Assembly (NCBI RefSeq): GCF_000196555.1
Contig: NC_015067.1
Span: 1,860,001 to 1,892,000 of the forward strand
Direction: 5' to 3'
DNA length: 32,000 bases
Origin: Bifidobacterium longum subsp. longum JCM 1217
GTDB lineage: Bacteria; Actinomycetota; Actinomycetes; Actinomycetales; Bifidobacteriaceae
Shown piece by piece: positions 25,906 through 32,000 of this stretch (the first letter of the stretch is position 1; the number at the start of each line of letters is the position of its first letter). The notes below the pieces were generated by a model. It searched no databases, was not told the origin of the DNA, and worked only from the letters and a program-made list of their open reading frames with translations. The position numbers and the translations under genes were made by a program.

Positions 25906-27058
25906 GCGCTCCATCTTGGCACACGCGAATGACGTGTTTCTTGCGATTGGCTGAATAACCTCTGGGAAGTGAGACGCCGCCTTGCCCATGCCAATCGACG
26001 ACCAGCCGGTCGATGGCGGCAATCTGGGCAGCACTGGCGTTCACACCGGCTTGGCTCAGCGCGTGAGCGATGACCCGCAACCGAATCGCCTCTGGCTCAC
26101 GTGCAATACGTTTGACGCTGATCATCAGGCCGATGCCATGGCTCGAATCGTTGGTATCGCCTGCCACACAGGCTCGTGGCGCATCGGTCGATACCGCTGC
26201 CGACGATGCCGGCCAATCAACTGCCGCAACCGCCTCCCCCATCACCTCGTCGGATCGCTGATCCAGATACTCCTTATCCATTCTGGCCAACCGTGCGCTT
26301 TCGGCGAAATGGCGGGTGACATTGAATCCAGCGAATCGTTCGATGGCCGGCAGCAGGTCGTGACGCACCCGCGAGCGCAACGGATAGTCGTTCGGCAACT
26401 CGCCGTCTACCGCATCGCCATTGGTGGGGTCATCCCAATATTCCACACCTAAGTCTTCACAGATACCGGTGGTTTCGGCTCGAGTAAGGGTAAGCAGTGG
26501 CCGCGCAAAAGTCGCGCCACTGCGTGTGAAGACCTGCGGCATGCCAGCCAACGCATCCACGCCTCGACTGCGCAGCAGGCCAATCAATACGGTTTCCGCC
26601 TGATCGTCCATAGTGTGGGCCAACAGCACGGCAATGGCACCCGATTCATGCGCCGCGGCGCACAGCTCGTCATACCGGGCCTGCCGTGCGGCCGCTTCGA
26701 GGCCCTCGCCGCGCGCCTGTACGGTTGCGTTGCGCATGATGACCGGGCCCAGTCCCAACGCGCGGCAACGATCCGCGGCCTCGCTGGCGACCCGTTCGGA
26801 GCCTGCCTGCAAGCCGTGATCCACAATCACGGCACCGCAACGCACGCCCATGGACGTGCATACGATATGGCTCACCGCAGCCAGTGCCATCGAATCGCGC
26901 CCGCCTGAACAGGCCACGAGCACGAGCGGCGCATCGGCGGCAACGGCATGGTCCCCATGCTGCGCGAATTCGGGAGCCTGCACATCGCATAGTTCCACGG
27001 CACTCAGCGTTGCGCGGACCGCGCCTACGGCCTTGCGCAATCGTGCGGAATATGCCAT
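25892..27058 (-). CDS. tilS: tRNA(Ile)-lysidine synthetase
   Basis: PP-loop motif LVACSGGRDSMALA, followed by DHGLQAGS and LLAHTMDDQAET. It sits in the conserved position upstream of hpt-ftsH. Confidence 0.9.
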   Translation of the reverse strand: MAYSARLRKAVGAVRATLSAVELCDVQAPEFAQHGDHAVAADAPLVLVACSGGRDSMALAAVSHIVCTSMGVRCGAVIVDHGLQAGSERVASEAADRCRALGLGPVIMRNATVQARGEGLEAAARQARYDELCAAAHESGAIAVLLAHTMDDQAETVLIGLLRSRGVDALAGMPQVFTRSGATFARPLLTLTRAETTGICEDLGVEYWDDPTNGDAVDGELPNDYPLRSRVRHDLLPAIERFAGFNVTRHFAESARLARMDKEYLDQRSDEVMGEAVAAVDWPASSAAVSTDAPRACVAGDTNDSSHGIGLMISVKRIAREPEAIRLRVIAHALSQAGVNASAAQIAAIDRLVVDWHGQGGVSLPRGYSANRKKHVIRVCQDGAHANR

Positions 27059-27148
27059 GTACTCACCACCTTTTTTCTGGTTATAGGCACTCGTGCGTTT
27101 ATGGACGTTTACGGCCTTTGTAGCCCTTGATGGCCCTTGATGCCTCTT

Positions 27149-28639
27149 TTACAGCCCCGCGAGCTTGGTGATAAACGAGTCGATGGCGCTACGCGCGGCG
27201 GCATAATCCTCAGGATTGTTGACCACCACGGCAAACGACAACGCTCCCCCATTGGTGCGGGACACATTGCCGGCCATCGACGTAACCGTGCCGAGGCTGC
27301 CGGTTTTGACGCGCAGCAGACCAGCCACGGCATCATCCGTATACCGATCCTGCGCCGTGCCCACCAATCCCGCGATGGATAGACCTTCCGCACCAGCAGC
27401 ACCGCTCTCGGTGGTCAGATTACGTTGTTGGACGGCCGCCAGCGTGCGTACGGTGAGCCGGGAGCCGGGAGACAGGCCGGAGCAATCGGCCATGGTCAGA
27501 CCGGATGTGTCGAGACCGAGATCGTTCAGAGTGGATTTGACCGCTTCCGTGCCGCCTTCAGGACTGTTTGTCGCTGATTTCGCCAAGGCGGTGAGTCTGC
27601 CGAACTCCTCGGCCAGCGTATTGTCCGAATGCCGCAACGTGTATGCCATGATTTCGGACAGTGTTGCCGAACTCACCGAAGCCAAAGGCGTTTCACCGGA
27701 TGGAGCGGTGTTTGCCGTCACGTCTCCGGTAACGGCCATGCCGTTCGATTGGAGCAGTTCGGCGAATTTCGCGGCCACGTCGCTGGCGGCGTGCTGGGAC
27801 AGTTCCGGGTATCCGGCCGAATCATCGGGGTCGGCCGGCGCAGGCGTATCGGCGGTGTATTGGCGGCCTCCATCAATCGCCATTGATGAGACCGGCGTGA
27901 AGTAGACGGTGTAGTCGCTTAAGACTGCGCCGCCTTCCGACAGACCTGCCGGAATGCGTGAGTCGCCGAATAGGGTGTCGTCGTACTCGAGATTGACGGA
28001 AGTGATGCCTCGCTGGGCGAGCGCGGCCACGGTGGCCTTGGCCAAGGTGTTCAGACCGGCACGTCCGTTGGTATGGTTGGCGTCAGAATCGCCTGCAGAC
28101 AGCAGCATGTCGCCATTGCCTTTGAGGGTCAACGTATTGGTGCCGTCATCGGATTGGGTGAGGAACACTTGGGTATCCAAGGTGGATGCCATATTCAGGG
28201 TGGATGAGGCGGCGAGCGCGGTCAGCGTTTTCAGTGTGGATGCAGGCTCGCGTGGAGTGTTCGACTCATGTTCGGCAGCGACGGTGCCTTGGGCGTCTTC
28301 AATGATCACCGACGTATCGTTTCCCACGCCTTGCGCGGACAGCAATTCGTTGACCAGCGCAGAAGCGGCCGTGGAATCAATGGCCTTGTTCGCGTTCAAG
28401 GTGCCGGCGACGGTGCCGCCTGATTTGGCGGTGGCTGGATCGGCAAAAACAGGTGCGGCGACGGGCTTCAACGTCAATAATCCGGGGGCCACGTCGGTGA
28501 TGTCGGCGGCGCAGTACCCCGCGAACAGGGCGATGGTGGTCAGTGCGGAAATGATGACGGTCAGTGTTCGGCGATGCGATCGTTGGGTCCGCCGTTGCGC
28601 TTCACGCCGCTGACGGCGTGATACCGCTGTAGATACCAT
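27149..28639 (-). CDS. dacB: D-alanyl-D-alanine carboxypeptidase/endopeptidase (PBP4 / peptidase S13 family)
   Basis: SxxK (ASTLK), SxN (SDN) and KTG (KTGSL) motifs in the order and spacing typical of PBP4. It has an N-terminal basic region plus a TM anchor. ATG 28639 has an AAGGAG RBS and is preferred over the track start at 28720. Confidence 0.85.
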   Translation of the reverse strand: MVSTAVSRRQRREAQRRTQRSHRRTLTVIISALTTIALFAGYCAADITDVAPGLLTLKPVAAPVFADPATAKSGGTVAGTLNANKAIDSTAASALVNELLSAQGVGNDTSVIIEDAQGTVAAEHESNTPREPASTLKTLTALAASSTLNMASTLDTQVFLTQSDDGTNTLTLKGNGDMLLSAGDSDANHTNGRAGLNTLAKATVAALAQRGITSVNLEYDDTLFGDSRIPAGLSEGGAVLSDYTVYFTPVSSMAIDGGRQYTADTPAPADPDDSAGYPELSQHAASDVAAKFAELLQSNGMAVTGDVTANTAPSGETPLASVSSATLSEIMAYTLRHSDNTLAEEFGRLTALAKSATNSPEGGTEAVKSTLNDLGLDTSGLTMADCSGLSPGSRLTVRTLAAVQQRNLTTESGAAGAEGLSIAGLVGTAQDRYTDDAVAGLLRVKTGSLGTVTSMAGNVSRTNGGALSFAVVVNNPEDYAAARSAIDSFITKLAGL

Positions 28640-28661
28640 CGTGCTCCTTATGCCAAGGCGA

Positions 28662-30335
28662 TCATTTCTGCAATGAGGCGAACGAGTCGAGTGCTTCCAC
28701 AATCGAAAGCATTCGCGCATCCATCAGCTTACCGCCCAGCCATGTCCCGAGTGCCAGGATGCCGATGCCGTTGGCCAGTGCGACCGGAATAATCGCCAGC
28801 CATATGCCGCCTTCGGCTCCCGTCAGCAGCATGACCAGCGCCACGATGCCGGTGGGCAGCATCAGCAGCAGGCTGCCAAGCACGTAGACGAACGGGAAGA
28901 AGCCTTGGGCCATGGCGCGGCCTTGAGGCGCGGAGAACGGCTTGTCCATTGAGGCGACCGGGTACATCAGCACACAGGACGTGACTTCGGCCACGCCCAG
29001 GCCGCTCAAGGCGACGCCCATGCCCACGGCGAGGAAGATCAGGCCGGTGACGAGGTCATCGGGCTGCGCCCAGCGGCCGGTCAGTGCGCCGACCAGCACG
29101 ATGCCGGCGAGATAGAGCAGCACCATGTAGACGACCATGATGCCGACGTAGACGCGCACGCGGCCGATTCTGTCGGTCCGGCCACGCACGCCGGCGATGA
29201 CTTCCATGGTGAAGCCGCGGCCGTCATATGCGAGCCCGTTGCTTTCCACCACTGACATGAACCAGCCACACCAGATCAGCGACTGCCAGACGACCGCGCT
29301 GATGCCGTGCGCCTGGAAGGCGAAGATGATCAGGAACAGGACCGGCATGGCGAAGGTCATGGCTTGGCGGGGGTCTCGTTTGAGATAGGTGATCAGGCGT
29401 GCGGACACCGCGCCGGATGCCGAATCGGGCATCCATGCGAATGCGCCGATGCCTTTGGCGGTCTCGGACGGACTGTTTGCGCCGATGGTGAGCCGTTCAT
29501 GCCTCAGACACCAAGTGCATACGGCGAAGCAGACGATCCATGTGACGGCAAGGATGGCGATGCGGGCGATCAGCACCGCCCAAGCTCCGGTAAGCGCGTC
29601 GAACGGCAGTTGGAAGGCCGCACCGAACGGCGTCCATGCGGCGATGGCGGTCGCCGCGCCCCAGGTCTCGGTGTTGAGGCTGAAGGCTATGCCGGAGTTG
29701 ACCAGAATGTTCGGCAACTGGCAGATGATGACGAAAGTCAGCACGATGAAGATGTAGAACGCGCCTTTGCCGCGTTTGCTGGTCACCAGCGTGGTGGATA
29801 GGGCGATGACCAGTTTGGAGATGCTCATCATGGTGATGACGGCCAGCACTGCGGCGAGGAGGGAACTGATGATTACGGCTGGTCCCATATGCCGATAGGC
29901 CAGTGTCCAGAGCATCAGTGAGGCCACGCCAGTAAGGGAGGGGATGCCGGACAGGCCGGAAAGCAGCAAGCCGAATTGCAGGTTGCGGTCGGCGATGCCG
30001 TAGATCGCGAATTTGCGTGGGTTCATGGTGGAGCCTTCGCCAAGCATCATGAGCTGGATGAAGCCGATGAAGATGGTCATGGTCGCGCCGACCAGCACGA
30101 CGACTATGTTGACGATGCCTCCGGGACCAAGGATGTTCAGCGGAAAGCCATCCGCGTTCACGGTGAAGGGCGGCAGTATGCCGATGAACCATGCGAGCAC
30201 GCCGGTGCCGATGATGGTGCCGGCCGCGAGTACAGCGGAAAAGACATAGGCGACGGTCTGCCACGCCGATTTTCGCAGGGTGGCGAGCGTGAGCGTCCAG
30301 CGCAGGCGGACCAGGGTGATGGCGGTCTTGATCAT
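28662..30335 (-). CDS. ABC-2-type exporter permease (about 12 TM, 557 aa)
   Basis: Polytopic membrane protein. Its ATG overlaps the stop of the upstream ABC ATPase gene (ATGA at 30332-30335). No substrate can be inferred. Confidence 0.75.
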   Translation of the reverse strand: MIKTAITLVRLRWTLTLATLRKSAWQTVAYVFSAVLAAGTIIGTGVLAWFIGILPPFTVNADGFPLNILGPGGIVNIVVVLVGATMTIFIGFIQLMMLGEGSTMNPRKFAIYGIADRNLQFGLLLSGLSGIPSLTGVASLMLWTLAYRHMGPAVIISSLLAAVLAVITMMSISKLVIALSTTLVTSKRGKGAFYIFIVLTFVIICQLPNILVNSGIAFSLNTETWGAATAIAAWTPFGAAFQLPFDALTGAWAVLIARIAILAVTWIVCFAVCTWCLRHERLTIGANSPSETAKGIGAFAWMPDSASGAVSARLITYLKRDPRQAMTFAMPVLFLIIFAFQAHGISAVVWQSLIWCGWFMSVVESNGLAYDGRGFTMEVIAGVRGRTDRIGRVRVYVGIMVVYMVLLYLAGIVLVGALTGRWAQPDDLVTGLIFLAVGMGVALSGLGVAEVTSCVLMYPVASMDKPFSAPQGRAMAQGFFPFVYVLGSLLLMLPTGIVALVMLLTGAEGGIWLAIIPVALANGIGILALGTWLGGKLMDARMLSIVEALDSFASLQK

Positions 30336-31288
30336 TGGCGGGCCTCATCGGTGGGTGTGGCGGGCGTAGGCAGAATCGGCTGAATCGTCTGGGCCGAAGT
30401 TGGTGCTTGGGCTTGGGCCTGCCCGCCATCGAGCCACGCGAGATGGGCGGCTTCGTGGCGGCCACCGACTAGTTGCAGGAAGCGGTCTTCGAGTTCTTCG
30501 CCAGCAGCGACCTCGTCCACCGTGCCGGCCGCGCATACCAGACCGTCGTTGATTACGGCCACATGCGTACACATCTTTTCGACCAATGCCATCACGTGTG
30601 AGGAGATGATCACCGTGCCGCCAGTCTTCGCGTATTCGATGAGAATGTCTTTGAGGTTGGCGCTGGACACCGGGTCCACGGATTCAAACGGCTCATCCAA
30701 GACCAGAATGCGCGGGCTGTGAATCATCGCGGAGGCCAGGCAGATCTTCTTGGTCATGCCGGCCGAGTAATCGGTGACCATCGTGTTGGCGGCCCCGGCC
30801 AAGTCGAAAGCATTGAGCAGGTCCTGGGCGCGACGCGTGGTCTCCTCGCGGCTCATGCCGCGCAGCATGCCGGAGTAGACGAGCAATTGCAAACCGGTCA
30901 GTCGGTCGAAGATCTGGTCGGGCTGGGGCATGACGCCGATCATGCGCTTGGCCGTGTTCACGTCGCTCCACACGTCATGGCCCAGAATCATGGCGGTGCC
31001 GGCGTCCGGCACCAATAGACCGGTCACCATATTGAGCGTGGTGGTTTTGCCGGCGCCGTTAGGGCCCACCAGTCCGTAGAACGAGCCGATTGGAATGTCA
31101 AGCGCGAGCCCGTTGACGGCGATCTTCCGGTCGAAGTGCTTGAACAGGCCGCGAATGGACACCGCCGTATTCGGGTTCGGCGGCCATGCTTGCGGCTGTG
31201 GCTGTTGCGACTGCGAAGACGCGGGAGCGGCGGCTGGCATCATCGGCGGCTGAAATCCGACATTCCTTTGAGTATTGTCTAAGCTCAT
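30332..31288 (-). CDS. ABC-2/DrrA-type exporter ATP-binding protein
   Basis: Walker A GPNGAGKTT, Q-loop, signature YSAGMTKK, Walker B ILVLDEPFESVD, H-loop SSHVM. It has P/Q-rich low-complexity N- and C-terminal extensions. Confidence 0.9.
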   Translation of the reverse strand: MSLDNTQRNVGFQPPMMPAAAPASSQSQQPQPQAWPPNPNTAVSIRGLFKHFDRKIAVNGLALDIPIGSFYGLVGPNGAGKTTTLNMVTGLLVPDAGTAMILGHDVWSDVNTAKRMIGVMPQPDQIFDRLTGLQLLVYSGMLRGMSREETTRRAQDLLNAFDLAGAANTMVTDYSAGMTKKICLASAMIHSPRILVLDEPFESVDPVSSANLKDILIEYAKTGGTVIISSHVMALVEKMCTHVAVINDGLVCAAGTVDEVAAGEELEDRFLQLVGGRHEAAHLAWLDGGQAQAQAPTSAQTIQPILPTPATPTDEARQ

Positions 31289-31382
31289 GCATCTACTCTA
31301 GCCCACCAGTCAACCCTCAGCGCAGCACCCCCGGGTTGCTGTTGGATTGCCCCGCTGAGCAGCTCCGGACTAGCGGACTCGG

Positions 31383-32000
31383 TCAGCCCTTATGTGCGAT
31401 GGGCTTCCACTGGGCTTTGGCGAAGATGGCCTGGAAGGAAATCGGCACGTAGCTGAGCATGTAAATCGGGAAGCTGAGCACATAGGCGAGCAGCTCCTTG
31501 TTCGTGGCACCGATCTGGTCGTGCTCGACAATGATGGTCAATGCAGCCAATGCCATCAGACCCAACACCGATGTGATGATGCCGCTGGACCAACCGGCCA
31601 GCGATTGCAGCTGGCTCGACCAACTCACGAAGCCACACGCGGCGAACAGCAAGCCCATCACCGCGCGAATCACGCCCAACACGGTAAACGGACACAGCAT
31701 CAAGGTGAAGTCGATGCAGGAGAAATCACGTTCGCGAACCGCGCGTTTCAGCAATGCCGAGCCATAATAACGGAATACCTGCAGGAATCCCTTGCTCCAA
31801 CGCAAACGCTGACGCCAACTTTGCGAGAAGGTAACCGGCTGCTCGTCGTAGAGGATCGCAGTACCGCAATAGCCGATGCGGTCGCCATGCAGAATCGAAT
31901 CCATAGTGAATTCAAGATCTTCAGTGAGCAGGTGGAACTTCCATCCCTTGTTCCGCTTCATCACCTCGCGGGAGAACATGAATCCCGTACCGCCCACATG
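31383..32000 (-). CDS. family 2 glycosyltransferase, membrane-embedded processive type; C-terminal part only (N-terminus beyond the right edge)
   Basis: Shows LTEDLEFT and the Q(R/Q)xRW motif (QRLRWSKG), followed by 3-4 TM helices. The reading frame is open to the window edge. Confidence 0.8.
   Translation of the reverse strand, partial: HVGGTGFMFSREVMKRNKGWKFHLLTEDLEFTMDSILHGDRIGYCGTAILYDEQPVTFSQSWRQRLRWSKGFLQVFRYYGSALLKRAVRERDFSCIDFTLMLCPFTVLGVIRAVMGLLFAACGFVSWSSQLQSLAGWSSGIITSVLGLMALAALTIIVEHDQIGATNKELLAYVLSFPIYMLSYVPISFQAIFAKAQWKPIAHKG

Noticed and set aside
31300-31345. 7-bp inverted repeat CTCAGCG-N-CGCTGAG after the GT2 gene, as a terminator
   Set aside because: It has a short stem, a large loop and no U-tract on the minus strand.

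Overview
Hand analysis only; no searches or computations were run. This is a high-G+C actinobacterial chromosome segment. The protein sequences (class II xylose isomerase, FtsH with an N/G-rich N-terminus, EttA, a fused FolB-FolK) fit Bifidobacterium best; the species cannot be determined from the window. Almost all real genes lie on the minus strand, and most long plus-strand ORFs in the track are antisense shadows.

Gene order, left to right:
- A partial IS256-family insertion sequence. Its transposase is not in the ORF track because it runs off the left edge.
- xylA.
- A heavily decayed MFS pseudogene.
- A visibly lower-GC stretch of about 1.7 kb: an orphan hypothetical gene followed by about 925 bp of non-coding DNA. 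That DNA carries a dense DnaA-box cluster and a degenerate array with a period of about 52 bp.
- A probable MarR-MFS-aldo/keto reductase-short Def operon.
- A CUT2-type (xylFGH-like) sugar ABC transporter operon, divergent from a ROK regulator plus an orphan single-domain ABC ATPase.
- ROK glucokinase, tRNA-Asp, ettA and tesB.
- The conserved actinobacterial block ABC-2 exporter-dacB-tilS-hpt-ftsH-folE-folP-folBK-DUF3180.
- A partial GT2 glycosyltransferase at the right edge.

I found no CRISPR array, rRNA, prophage or recognisable defence system.

The observations most worth follow-up:
1. The DnaA-box cluster and adjacent periodic repeats, which lie away from any dnaA context.
2. A structured element of about 50 bp present twice inside the folate operon.
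3. A FolB-FolK protein carrying a second, degenerate HPPK domain.
4. A shared near-palindrome over the -35 boxes of the xylA and sugar-binding-protein promoters.
5. A ROK regulator apparently co-transcribed with an orphan CUT2 ATPase.

None of these amounts to a demonstrated new system. All are hypotheses to test.
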